IMG/VR virus record: IMGVR_UViG_3300046703_000335 | Location: 62,001 to 126,000 of that record | Length of the DNA: 64,000 bases | Reading direction: 5' to 3' (one strand) | Shown: piece after piece, positions 14,560-24,531 of the stretch | How the letters are laid out: each line of letters starts with the position of its first letter | Numbering within the stretch: the first letter of the stretch is position 1 | Made by a program: the position numbers and the translations under genes | The notes under the pieces: generated by a model | The model's database searches: none | Told to the model about the DNA's origin: nothing | What the model saw: only the letters and a program-made list of their open reading frames with translations

Positions 14560-17500
14560 TTAACATAAGACATAATGCCAAAAACGAATCTACAGAAAAT
14601 TCTTCTGTAGATTTGTACAAAATTTCCCCATCCTTATTCATAAGACAAAGTTTATTCCTGGGTCCTACAAATAAGTTATTTCCTGATCTCAGTACTTCCA
14701 AAATGAACTTTATTTTTTGAGCTGAAATAATATTTATATCTATTGTGTAATTGAAAGAGCCATCTTTATCAATATTCTTTTCAATTTGTATGTCTTTACA
14801 AAAAGAAGTATCTATTTTTTCAGGTACTCGTCCAAGAATCTTAGGTACTTCCTTCCCAATATCCCTCTCCCCAACCACCGAATTCTGATAATAGCTATGT
14901 GCTTCATTTGTTGTTGACCCAGTAATACTGGAAGTTTTATTTATTTCTGAGTCTATTTCTTTTTTTTCCCCATTATTGATCAGATCATTTTCCAAGGTTG
15001 GTACTGTAATATCTGGTTTAACAGGTTCCTCAGGTTTAAGGGGCTTCTCAGGAAGACATTCAGAGGGTAATTCTGAAGATTGTAAAACAGATACTGGACT
15101 TGATACATCTGCCATTTTCGCTTCCATTTCTTTCCAATAATCATGATCTACATGAAAAGAGTCCCCATATTCGGCATCAACTTCAAGTGGGACTACCCAC
15201 TTCAATTTATCTGTGATATCTCTAATTTTCATTAGTCTACATAATTCCGGAACAATCATATCCATCTTCTCTTCCCGTACCTCATAAAGCACTTCATCAT
15301 GTACAGGAAGGAGAATTTTTACATCATCCTGAAGATTATTATCATATATCCACTTATATACTCTCCACAAAGCAATTTTTATTACATCTGCGCCAGTATT
15401 TTTACTTATTATTCCTACTGAATCAAATCTATGAAGATCAGAATGCACCGCTAAAGTATAGGTATCTTCAATTTTATCTATTACAGTTTTTCGTTTTAAT
15501 TTATAATGGTAGTAAATCTCTGATGGGAGCTCACAAGTATATTTCTCCATCAAAGATATCATCCCTGGTAAAGTCACAACTTTACCTGTATTGAGTTTAC
15601 AAAAATATGCACAATCATTAGCATTTTTTCGATCATATACAGAGTGCAAATTTGATCGGATAACTTCTCTTAAAAAGTTAGGCAAAATCATTTTATTAAT
15701 AGTATTTCGCAGTTTCCATATCGTAGGAGGCAAATCTAATAAATCTTCTACCTTTTTAAGATCTTGCCATTCCAATTTAAAATTTCCATTAGTGACAGAT
15801 CTAACAATTGAAGATAATCCTAATGTCCAACCTATAAGCTGAACATCCCGTAATAATGCTATATTAGGGGTATGGTACCCATATCTATTCTTTCTTTTTT
15901 TACACCCATCTGTATCAAAGTATCCTTGTAAGAAAGCTTTCCGCATAGCTACAGGTGCTTTATATATTACTTCAGGTATTCTCTTTCCTCGGGCATCAGC
16001 AGGTATATAGCCCAATTTTATAAATAAATCTACTAATCCTTTTGAGTTTATCTGTACTTGATATGACTCCCCTTTAGCCGAATTAGTTTTCCTCATATTT
16101 GAAAGACATAAGCCAAGATCTTTCAAAGATTCCTCAATGGTAGGAAGATACTTTTTAATTTTTTCTGCACCCAGGCATAAAGTTAAGGACTGTCTTGAAT
16201 CAGTTCTTATACCTCCATCTCCTATAATATAACCCATCAAATAGCCAATAAAATCCCATTGTTCCTTAGTTTTTATACAAAAGGATTTTCCATTATGTAC
16301 TTGAGACTCATAGGTATAATCCGCAGGATATTCACCAAATTGTTTTATGGTAGGTATAGACACACATATCTCTGTATCTTCATTAAGATCACTAAAATGT
16401 CTAAACTCATAACCCTCTTTACCTACGACTAATACTTCATGTCTTGTATCACAGTTTAAAACCATACCATTAGATAATTCTAATTGAGCAAGCTGTGCTT
16501 TACCTCTATTTATTACATCAAAGGTCTCCCAAGAAGTACCCGTCCAAATCTTTAATTTTCTTAATAACTCTATAGGTAGAATATAAAGTTCACCTATAGG
16601 TATATATCCTTTATTAGTTAGTACTCTCTCTTCCTTTGTCAAGCACCCTTGAATTGCTGAATTTATAGCGCATCTGTCACCTTTGGATTGTATACCTTTA
16701 TCTGGTGAATTATAAAATTCTTCCAGGGGTCTTCTTCTTCCAAAAGCAGTCTTACTATATCCCCTCTTTCGGGATGCCGCCCATTCTCTTTTGATCCAGC
16801 TATTTAAACCTACATATTCTTTAAAAAAGTTAAGAATCATTTTCTTGGCAGTCTCAAAAGGTATTTTTGCCTGTGCAGCAAAGCCCCCTGCGCCTCCTCC
16901 GTACATTGTCAAGAAGTTTACCGTTTTGCCAAGAGAGCGTTCTTTCTTTGTAATTTCAGTTTTACCTGTTATAATTTTACCTGTGATAGTATGAAGATCT
17001 CCTGTGCCATGTAAAAACTCTTGAACCCATTTTGGCTCTTTTGAAAAATTTGTGGCTATTCTAAGCTCTTCTCCACTATAGTCAATGGACACCATTTTGA
17101 ATCCAAAATGAGCAATCATAGCTCTTCTCAAGTTTACAGCGTAAGGGTTACTCTTATCATAGGTAGGAATGTTCTGACAGTTTACTCCACAATATCCATC
17201 AATTTCTAAACCTTGACCCCCGGACCCACTAAATCTACCGGTATCTGCCTGAACCTGATTAAGCTGAAATTTAACCTCATCATTTTCATCGGCGTTAGTC
17301 AGCCAATTATATAGATAAGTGCTTTGAATTTTAACATAGCCACGATAAGTCAAGATTAAATTAATGATCGGATTTTTAGTAGAAATCATCTCAAGTATTT
17401 CACTATTTGTCTGATAATGCCCAGTTTTTGTTTTTTCTGCTTTAGGAGGATAAGGTAATTTTAATTCATTAAAAAGTATGGAGCCAAGCTGCTGTGTGGA

Positions 17501-18400
17501 ATTAATATCAAACTCATGTCCGACTATTGAGAAAATCTCTTTTATTAACTTTGACATCATAATTTCTACTTCAGCATTAATCTTTATAAGATACTGCTTA
17601 TCTATTTTTACTAAGTTGCGCTCCATTTCCATAGTGACAAAGAGACACCGTTTTTCTACCTTATAAATTGCCCACGGTCCTTCTTTTCCTGTAGGATCTA
17701 TGGCATTAAGTTTACCTTTAAGATATAAATATAATGCCATAGTATTCATTCCATCACCACCTCCATAATAAACTGCTTTCTGTGGTGGGACCAGATAAAA
17801 TGCAACTACTCCTTTTTTTGTACCTTGTATTCCAAGATCGTCAATTTCAAGCTGAGGCCTATCAAGAAGTGCCCCAGAAAGATATTTCAAATTTTTTGTT
17901 TTTCTTGATGCATCCTCAATTGCTGCCATAAGATATGTATCTTCATACATATCTTCATTAGTAAATTCCACTCCATGGGTTAATAATATTTGACCATCAT
18001 ATTTAAAGTTATGGAAAATAAGTACACAATTAGCAGCAAGTTTTTTTGTTTGTCGTATCATAAAATTTAATGATACATTAAATTCCTCAGCATGTTCATG
18101 AGCTACAGGGATATAGATACCTTCATCGGGATCGTGTGAAAGACATATTCCTACTATCTTTGCATGACAGCCATTATCTGCATCTTTACGGGTATTAAGG
18201 CTGTTAGTTTCAAGATCATATACGCATAATCCCTTCTGAACGCACTTATCGATATACTCTTCAATTTCTGTTTGTTTTGTAAGAAGTATGAAACGTTTTG
18301 TTTTCATCCAAGGACGAAGTTCAATAAGTTCTTTTACTTTTATACTGGTAAAGTCGTCTAATAATGTCGTAGCTACCGCTATGTTATCTGATTTACTCAT
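14552..18400 (-). CDS. polA: DNA polymerase family A (3'-5' exonuclease plus polymerase) with intein
   Basis: YDLET, FHNFKYD, TGRFS, NCQNIP, DYSGEELR (motif A), KTVNFLTMYG (motif B), PVHDE (motif C). Confidence 0.96.
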   Translation of the reverse strand: MSKSDNIAVATTLLDDFTSIKVKELIELRPWMKTKRFILLTKQTEIEEYIDKCVQKGLCVYDLETNSLNTRKDADNGCHAKIVGICLSHDPDEGIYIPVAHEHAEEFNVSLNFMIRQTKKLAANCVLIFHNFKYDGQILLTHGVEFTNEDMYEDTYLMAAIEDASRKTKNLKYLSGALLDRPQLEIDDLGIQGTKKGVVAFYLVPPQKAVYYGGGDGMNTMALYLYLKGKLNAIDPTGKEGPWAIYKVEKRCLFVTMEMERNLVKIDKQYLIKINAEVEIMMSKLIKEIFSIVGHEFDINSTQQLGSILFNELKLPYPPKAEKTKTGHYQTNSEILEMISTKNPIINLILTYRGYVKIQSTYLYNWLTNADENDEVKFQLNQVQADTGRFSGSGGQGLEIDGYCGVNCQNIPTYDKSNPYAVNLRRAMIAHFGFKMVSIDYSGEELRIATNFSKEPKWVQEFLHGTGDLHTITGKIITGKTEITKKERSLGKTVNFLTMYGGGAGGFAAQAKIPFETAKKMILNFFKEYVGLNSWIKREWAASRKRGYSKTAFGRRRPLEEFYNSPDKGIQSKGDRCAINSAIQGCLTKEERVLTNKGYIPIGELYILPIELLRKLKIWTGTSWETFDVINRGKAQLAQLELSNGMVLNCDTRHEVLVVGKEGYEFRHFSDLNEDTEICVSIPTIKQFGEYPADYTYESQVHNGKSFCIKTKEQWDFIGYLMGYIIGDGGIRTDSRQSLTLCLGAEKIKKYLPTIEESLKDLGLCLSNMRKTNSAKGESYQVQINSKGLVDLFIKLGYIPADARGKRIPEVIYKAPVAMRKAFLQGYFDTDGCKKRKNRYGYHTPNIALLRDVQLIGWTLGLSSIVRSVTNGNFKLEWQDLKKVEDLLDLPPTIWKLRNTINKMILPNFLREVIRSNLHSVYDRKNANDCAYFCKLNTGKVVTLPGMISLMEKYTCELPSEIYYHYKLKRKTVIDKIEDTYTLAVHSDLHRFDSVGIISKNTGADVIKIALWRVYKWIYDNNLQDDVKILLPVHDEVLYEVREEKMDMIVPELCRLMKIRDITDKLKWVVPLEVDAEYGDSFHVDHDYWKEMEAKMADVSSPVSVLQSSELPSECLPEKPLKPEEPVKPDITVPTLENDLINNGEKKEIDSEINKTSSITGSTTNEAHSYYQNSVVGERDIGKEVPKILGRVPEKIDTSFCKDIQIEKNIDKDGSFNYTIDINIISAQKIKFILEVLRSGNNLFVGPRNKLCLMNKDGEILYKSTEEFSVDSFLALCLMLSV
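15398..16645 (-). mobile_element. intein (416 aa) with LAGLIDADG homing endonuclease in the DNA polymerase
   Basis: Inserted at NSAIQG|TGAD; starts CLTKEERVLTNKG, has block B TRHEV, LAGLIDADG-like MGYIIGDG and LQGYFDTDG, ends GIISKN before Thr. Confidence 0.93.
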
Positions 18401-18401
18401 A

Positions 18402-18956
18402 TTATTTTTTATTCAACCTTTCAAACACTCGAAGCATCCCACTCTTAAGTTTCGCACATTGTTCCAGAAATTGCTCTTCTGGTACAGCATACTTTAGAAT
18501 CATATACGCATATACTATCTTAGCATAGGTAGGTAAATCAACATCCCCCCTGACAACTATAATAGCCTGGTTGATTTTTTCTAAAGCTAACTTTTTAGTA
18601 TCTACTTTAGATTCTGTAACACGCTGAATCTTACGAATATGCTCTTCTGTAGCTTCTGGTAAAACAGATACATCAATATTATAGTCTTTAACAATATGAT
18701 TTATAGCTTCACCAAAACCGATGCCTTGCTTCTTACATATATAAGAAATGGAATCCCATCTCTCTTTACAAACCCAACAATATGCTGAATCTGTTACTCT
18801 ATAATATCTGGCACTCTTTTTTCTATCAATACCATGGAAATTACATCCGAATTGTTCTTCCTCAAGAGTATTAGTAATACGACCATCTATTCTTAGGAGT
18901 TCCCCTAAAGAAACATGTTGTTTTATTAATTCTTTAAGACTTTCAATATCTTTCAT
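18402..18956 (-). CDS. stand-alone primase CHC2 zinc-finger domain protein
   Basis: CNFH...SA...YCWVC...DSISYI...GFGEAI; no TOPRIM domain. Confidence 0.8.
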   Translation of the reverse strand: MKDIESLKELIKQHVSLGELLRIDGRITNTLEEEQFGCNFHGIDRKKSARYYRVTDSAYCWVCKERWDSISYICKKQGIGFGEAINHIVKDYNIDVSVLPEATEEHIRKIQRVTESKVDTKKLALEKINQAIIVVRGDVDLPTYAKIVYAYMILKYAVPEEQFLEQCAKLKSGMLRVFERLNKK

Positions 18957-20491
18957 CTTAATACTTCTGAAACATCTGTGATATTATCTGCGTTCTCTAT
19001 AGCATGGGTGTAATTCCAAATGAAACCTGTTTCAAAATCTATACATGCATCAAACGGCTTAAAAAAGCTATTTCTTCGATTCTTAAGACAACAGTATTTT
19101 AATCTGTTATTATCTCCATCAGTATCAAATTTATAAGAGGATATAACGAGATCAGCACTTCGCTCAACTTCATGGTTATTACTGAGTGCTGTTAAATCAT
19201 ATAGCCCTTCATTCTTCTTAGCTTCACGATATCCATCACGATTACACTGATGGGGGGATAACATCCTAATCCCCATACCATTATTAAACGTAAGGCAAAA
19301 TCTTTTTAAATTTTTTACAATATTATTTGTTGTCTCGTTATGATCACGAGAGCGTTCCCCTTCATCAGCACCCATAAGACTTATATAATCTATTACACCA
19401 AAATCCAAATTTCTTCCAGTCAATTGCAAATCCTGTTGATATTGCCGAAATTTAAGATCTATCTCAGAAAGTGTAGTAACTGTTTTATCTGGTTGCCATA
19501 CAAAGAATCTTCCGTAAGGTGAGTTCTCCGAAGTGTTATCAAGGTCATCACAAACTTTAAAAAAATATTCTTTCTCTTCTTTATTGAGTCTACCATACAA
19601 AACATCATTGTAGGAAATCTTACCAACAAGATGAGCATATTTAGGCCATTCTATTCTAAATTTTGGATTACAACTATGAAGGATATATATCTTATTTCTA
19701 ATTTCTTGAAAGCTCATTTCCAAAGTAACAAAAGCAGTATTCCATCCCCCGTAAAGTGCTCGGTAAGCTTGATTAAGTGCAAAAGTTGTTTTACAATGAC
19801 CTGTGAATGCCGTAATAATCATTAGCTCACCAGACTTAAGACCTCCAGTAGACTCATCTATCTCTCGTAACCAAGTTTGTATCCCAATAGAATCAGTGGG
19901 ATTCGCTTCTGATTTGTTGTACTGCTCTTTAACTTCCCGTGCATCTTCTTCACTGACGATCTGACTCTCTGTTTTTATACCAGCTTTTTGTTGACTAAAA
20001 GCCCGAGTTTCTCGTGCAATATAGCTAATAGAGTCAGAGATCCCTTTTAATTTTGTTTTAACTTTCCCCTTTACTATATCAAAACCTGTTGAAGCTATTT
20101 TCTGTGCATTATTGAGAATCTTATCTAATTCTAGGATCTGCTGCTGTTCATTGTACTGCTTAAGTATAGTCCGGTAATCCATCCCTACATAAGGCTGTTG
20201 ACTTTTAATTTTATCCAGAATTACAAGAGTTGATTCACTTCCTTCGACAGTCTGAAAATGATTTTTAATAAATTCAAAGGAAGGTACGGATAACTCTGTA
20301 GTATCACAACTTTTTATATATTCTAATATAAAGTAGTAAAGATTTTTATAAGCTTTTTCTTCAGGAGATTTAGGTATAATATCCTGCATAGCTCTAAAAT
20401 TCTTTACGCAGTCTCTCTGAGATATTGTCTCAATACCCTCAGCAGTTTTTATATATATAATTGATCTAAATAGCGCGTCAATTTCTATCAT
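18953..20491 (-). CDS. dnaB: DnaB-like replicative helicase
   Basis: TGGLKSGELMIITAFTGHCKT (Walker A), FVTLEM, VIDYISLM, HQCNR, ERSADLV, LKNR. Confidence 0.92.
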   Translation of the reverse strand: MIEIDALFRSIIYIKTAEGIETISQRDCVKNFRAMQDIIPKSPEEKAYKNLYYFILEYIKSCDTTELSVPSFEFIKNHFQTVEGSESTLVILDKIKSQQPYVGMDYRTILKQYNEQQQILELDKILNNAQKIASTGFDIVKGKVKTKLKGISDSISYIARETRAFSQQKAGIKTESQIVSEEDAREVKEQYNKSEANPTDSIGIQTWLREIDESTGGLKSGELMIITAFTGHCKTTFALNQAYRALYGGWNTAFVTLEMSFQEIRNKIYILHSCNPKFRIEWPKYAHLVGKISYNDVLYGRLNKEEKEYFFKVCDDLDNTSENSPYGRFFVWQPDKTVTTLSEIDLKFRQYQQDLQLTGRNLDFGVIDYISLMGADEGERSRDHNETTNNIVKNLKRFCLTFNNGMGIRMLSPHQCNRDGYREAKKNEGLYDLTALSNNHEVERSADLVISSYKFDTDGDNNRLKYCCLKNRRNSFFKPFDACIDFETGFIWNYTHAIENADNITDVSEVLR

Positions 20492-20498
20492 ACTTTAC

Positions 20499-21179
20499 CT
20501 ACATATTTGCGAGTTTATCGTTCGCTTTTTGTTCCAAATTAATTAAGTTAGATTTACGAGGTACATAACCTTTTAAATCTTTAATAGTACTTAAATTTAC
20601 AGTCTTATAATTTTCAAAATAAATTTTTAGGTCATCACTATATTCACGGGCATCTTTTAAGTGAATAGATGAATGAGCAAATATCCAAGTAGGTTTCGCA
20701 AGACGGCCCCTATTTTTTATTACTTCTAGTACACAATCCTTGAGGCTAGCATACCGGGCACTTGTTGTGAACATTAATGCCAACATATCATATTGATTAA
20801 GATGTGATGTAGTCAACCAATCTCCACTCGAATCCTTAGGTACATTATACTGCTCAACAATAGTGCCTCCTTCAAGAATTATATAATTCTTATACATAAA
20901 GCCTGTTAAAAAATAGCACTTTACGATATACAAGTATAAGTCTTCTAATCCATGAAAGATAATATCATTATTCCCGAACAGTTTATGAACAGTAGCAGAG
21001 TCTGTCGGATTAGCAGGACTTACAGGAGACAAGATACCAAACTTCTTACTGATACTAGCATTTATTCGGCAATAACATGGCTCTGTATGAGGATAGATCA
21101 CTCTATGACCAGATTCATTCTTTTCAGTAAAACCAGTTCCTATAAAACCGGTGTCACCACAATACGGGCACTTTCCCAT
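20499..21179 (-). CDS. DnaC/DnaI-like helicase loader with degenerate ATPase
   Basis: CPYCGDTG...PCYC Zn motif; YDMLAL and EVIKNR....KPTWI match the loader C-terminal pattern; no intact GKT; directly upstream of dnaB. Confidence 0.55.
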   Translation of the reverse strand: MGKCPYCGDTGFIGTGFTEKNESGHRVIYPHTEPCYCRINASISKKFGILSPVSPANPTDSATVHKLFGNNDIIFHGLEDLYLYIVKCYFLTGFMYKNYIILEGGTIVEQYNVPKDSSGDWLTTSHLNQYDMLALMFTTSARYASLKDCVLEVIKNRGRLAKPTWIFAHSSIHLKDAREYSDDLKIYFENYKTVNLSTIKDLKGYVPRKSNLINLEQKANDKLANM

Positions 21180-21182
21180 AAA

Positions 21183-22967
21183 CTATACCACTTTGCTAAA
21201 AACAGAATTATATAGAGCGTTAACGGAACTCTCATCTTCCTGAAACAATACATCATCATTTTTAAAATCGATGGCTCCTTGAGCAATATCACCAACAATT
21301 TGGTTTATAAGATTTTTCTTACCTTCAAGGATACCTAAAACATGTTCATCAATAGTATCTCTATTGATCATATGGAGCAATAAAATGTGCTCCTGAATGC
21401 TACCAATACGTTGGGCTCTACCTATTGATTGGTAAAGATCCCCATAAGACCAGGGCGTATCATAATATAGTATTACCCCCGCAGCTTGCAAGTTAATAGC
21501 TGCAGACCCTGCTTGAGTGATGAAGATAATATTACAATCCTGGCTCATATCCTGAAAGAGTTTACGAGCATTAGTTCTTGCATTAATATCCTCATCACCA
21601 GTAATCTTAACATGCTTCAATTCAAGATCATTGAGGATAGCTGATAATCTCTTAATACCTGATTTAAAACGCGTAAATACAATAACTTTTTCATCTGAAA
21701 GTTCCTGATCAAAGAGTCTTCTAAATTCAGTTTCTTTTGAACTTTCTCCATCCTCATTAAGCCATCCTGGACCATTTGACACAAGCTGGCAATAGGATAA
21801 TGAAGCTATTTTATTTTTAGCCATTCCCTCTTTTGTTAATGACTCTTCATATTTAATTTTAAGTAAATCATACATCATACTCTCTTTGTCAGTAAGATCC
21901 TCTACTTTACTATTAGCATACTCTTCAAACTTAAAATATCTCTCTTTTATTAATTTCTGATATAGCTCTCCGCTTAGAGCCTTACGATAAAGCTGCTTCT
22001 GAGCTTCTGACATTTCAAGTATAAGTTTTCGAGATATAAGCTGGGGAAGTTCACTAGCCACATCTCGAGTCCTACGAATTAAGAAAAAGGGATCAATAGT
22101 ATCTTTAAATTGAACAAGATTCTTATATCCTGTTACTTTATTGAAATAACGCTTTCTACCTTTTTCCCATCTTGTCATCTTTTTACGAACAGTATACTCG
22201 GAAAAAAACTTTATTTTACCGGGGAATAAACCTGGCACGATCACACGATATATATAGTAAGCCTCTTCTAATCTGTTTTTTATAATCGTGGCAGACATTC
22301 CATAGCAGTATTTAGCCTTACTTGATAATTCACTGGCACCAAACCAAGTTTTGGTTTTCATGTTTTTGAACTCTTGGCACTCATCAAGAGCAATCTGAAA
22401 CACTGGTCCACGATTTTCTGAAAGAAACGTATAATCTTCTTGAACTGCATGGTAATTAACTATTAATACGTGAGCATCTACGGTTGTATATTGCGCTTTC
22501 CTCGCCTCAAAACCACTAATAATACGGCACTTTTTACCTGCAGCTTTTAGATCTTCAATTTTACCATATTCTTGTTTACTCTGCATTTTTCCAAATTCAT
22601 CTTTATACCTAACCTGCCCATAATCATTAGTCAGTACATGAGTAGTAATACCATTGCAGAACTTTTCAAATTCCTCAGCCCACTGTGCCATAGCTGATTT
22701 TGGCGTAACTACTATAAGTTTAAGATTTGGTTCGGACATGAGTCGATAGACATATGCAGTTATCATTTGTAAAGTTTTGCCCAGTCCGACGCCATCTCCA
22801 AGAATCATTCGAGAAAGGGACAGAAAATGAAGGACACCTATAACTTGATAATCGCGCAATTGAGTAGTGGGTTTCAAATATGAACAGGGTTTCAGTGTGG
22901 CTTTTTTTGCCTGGCGAAGTTTTTGTAGGAATGGGTAATTAGAAGGTCTGCTAGAAAAACCAGCCAT
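21183..22967 (-). CDS. SNF2-family (SF2) helicase/ATPase
   Basis: LRDYQ, LGDGVGLGKT, DECQ, MSAT, INLQAA, QSIGRAQRIG. Confidence 0.93.
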   Translation of the reverse strand: MAGFSSRPSNYPFLQKLRQAKKATLKPCSYLKPTTQLRDYQVIGVLHFLSLSRMILGDGVGLGKTLQMITAYVYRLMSEPNLKLIVVTPKSAMAQWAEEFEKFCNGITTHVLTNDYGQVRYKDEFGKMQSKQEYGKIEDLKAAGKKCRIISGFEARKAQYTTVDAHVLIVNYHAVQEDYTFLSENRGPVFQIALDECQEFKNMKTKTWFGASELSSKAKYCYGMSATIIKNRLEEAYYIYRVIVPGLFPGKIKFFSEYTVRKKMTRWEKGRKRYFNKVTGYKNLVQFKDTIDPFFLIRRTRDVASELPQLISRKLILEMSEAQKQLYRKALSGELYQKLIKERYFKFEEYANSKVEDLTDKESMMYDLLKIKYEESLTKEGMAKNKIASLSYCQLVSNGPGWLNEDGESSKETEFRRLFDQELSDEKVIVFTRFKSGIKRLSAILNDLELKHVKITGDEDINARTNARKLFQDMSQDCNIIFITQAGSAAINLQAAGVILYYDTPWSYGDLYQSIGRAQRIGSIQEHILLLHMINRDTIDEHVLGILEGKKNLINQIVGDIAQGAIDFKNDDVLFQEDESSVNALYNSVFSKVV

Positions 22968-22976
22968 ATCAGGTAT

Positions 22977-24276
22977 CCGTTCTATAAAATTTATAAAAAT
23001 TTACCATACGAGTAAATTTTATATTTATTTCCTGCTTCTATGAAACTGCTCTTAGATCTGATGTCTCCAAAAGTCTTACACTTTCTCCACAGGCTTGAAT
23101 TCCTCTCGAACTGAGAGTATCTATTCCGAAATCTTCTATATTTATTGATGCATTTAAATCTCTGTCTTCAATATGACCACATTCACAAATATAAATTCTA
23201 TCCTCTAATTTTAAATCCTCCTTTATATTTCCACATACCCTACAAAGTTTAGAACTTGGATAAAATCTATCTACGTCTATGATTTCACCACCATACCATG
23301 CAGTCTTATACAATGATTGACGCTTTATCTCATTGAATGAAGCATCAGCTAAAGCACCTGCAAGTTTATGGTTTTTCACCATACCTAAGACATTTAAATC
23401 CTCTAATGCAATGTATCTCGGCTTGGTTTTCGTCAAGATACTTGTCATCTTATGGATTGCATCTTTTCGTTGATTACTTATTCTACTATAAATTTTCTGT
23501 ATTTTTAACTTAATCTTATATCTATTATTTGAGGACCTTTTAGTTTTTTTATCAAATTTCTTTCTTGCTAAATTCTTTTGTGCATGAGCTAATCTTTTTT
23601 TTGATTTTCTTAAATACTTGTTATTTTTAAAAACTTGACCATTAGAACATGTAGCTAAATTTTTTATACCGACATCAATGCCCAAGACAGTTTCTAATTG
23701 ATTTGTTATTTCAGGTATCTCTACCTCACAATTAACAGAAACGAACCACTTGCCTGTTATTTTAGAAATAGTCAAAGAGTTATACTTAACATTTTCAGTA
23801 GGTATATACCCTTTTTCCTTTAACTTAACTATACCAATTTTAGCTAATTTAATTTTATCGATAGTAACATGCAAATTACTACTGTCTAAGTGGTAGGTAG
23901 GTATACTTTTATGCTTAGATTTAAATTTGGGAAAGCCAATCTTTTTTCCTTTTTTAAGTCCTCGAAAAAAGTTTTTAAAAGCTTTATCTAAATCTATCAA
24001 AGCTAATTGAGGAGCACACTTAGAAACTTCGTACATCCAAGGAAATTCTTTTTTTTTGCGAGCACATAATGATTTATGTTGGTCTATAGCTGATAAAGAT
24101 CTCTTTTCACTCTCGTATAGAGATATACGCTCCGAAAGACCTAAATTATAAGCAAAACGAGCTACACCGGCACTCTTCTCGAAAAGAGTACGTTGTTTGT
24201 TATTTGGTTTTATCTCAGTTTTATATGATCTATTTATTATCATGTATTATAATAGGCTATCATTAGCATTTAACAG
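22977..24276 (-). mobile_element. non-autonomous TnpB-only IS607/IS200-605-type element (ends inferred)
   Basis: Right end GAAGCAGGAA...TAAATTTTATAGAACGG at 22977; left boundary placed after GGGAGG at 24277 because joining at GG restores GGAGG-9 nt-ATG for the SNF2 gene; no tnpA. Confidence 0.55.
23038..24243 (-). CDS. tnpB: RNA-guided endonuclease TnpB
   Basis: N-terminal HTH (RSYKTEIKPN...ARFAYN), RuvC D (GIDVGIK), E (ALEDL), Zn finger CRVC/CECG, RuvC D (DRDLNAS); all catalytic residues present. Confidence 0.95.
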   Translation of the reverse strand: MIINRSYKTEIKPNNKQRTLFEKSAGVARFAYNLGLSERISLYESEKRSLSAIDQHKSLCARKKKEFPWMYEVSKCAPQLALIDLDKAFKNFFRGLKKGKKIGFPKFKSKHKSIPTYHLDSSNLHVTIDKIKLAKIGIVKLKEKGYIPTENVKYNSLTISKITGKWFVSVNCEVEIPEITNQLETVLGIDVGIKNLATCSNGQVFKNNKYLRKSKKRLAHAQKNLARKKFDKKTKRSSNNRYKIKLKIQKIYSRISNQRKDAIHKMTSILTKTKPRYIALEDLNVLGMVKNHKLAGALADASFNEIKRQSLYKTAWYGGEIIDVDRFYPSSKLCRVCGNIKEDLKLEDRIYICECGHIEDRDLNASINIEDFGIDTLSSRGIQACGESVRLLETSDLRAVS

Positions 24277-24365
24277 CCTCCCTGACCATGTTTCCAAAAA
24301 CAAATCCATCTAATCTATAAGATTTGATAGACAGCTAATAAATTTCCAAAAATTGATAAGTCTAT

Positions 24366-24418
24366 AGTAATGAATTTAAAGTATAAGACTCTATAGCTTA
24401 TACTTTAAATTCATTACT
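24366..24418. repeat. perfect 22-bp inverted repeat (9-nt loop)
   Basis: AGTAATGAATTTAAAGTATAAG-actctatag-CTTATACTTTAAATTCATTACT; an imperfect second AT-rich hairpin follows at 24421-24461. Confidence 0.9.
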
Positions 24419-24484
24419 GGATTTTAAAGTACGTAATAAATAATTACTATACTTTTAAAATCAATTCAAAAACATTCTTAGTTA

Positions 24485-24513
24485 AATCTATATATAGAAA
24501 AAAGTTTTGTCAA
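24485..24513 (-). promoter_or_regulatory. sigma70-type promoter heading the tnpB/replication operon
   Basis: TTGACA (24513-24508) - 17 nt - TAGATT (24490-24485). Confidence 0.65.
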
Positions 24514-24531
24514 TACTACTTTAGAAGTAAA

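Noticed and set aside
22977-24276. IStron (group I intron plus TnpB) or Cas12 effector
   Set aside because: Only about 33 nt between the inferred left end and tnpB, so no room for a ribozyme core; the 401-aa size and typical TnpB 3' end, with no adjacent array, argue against Cas12.
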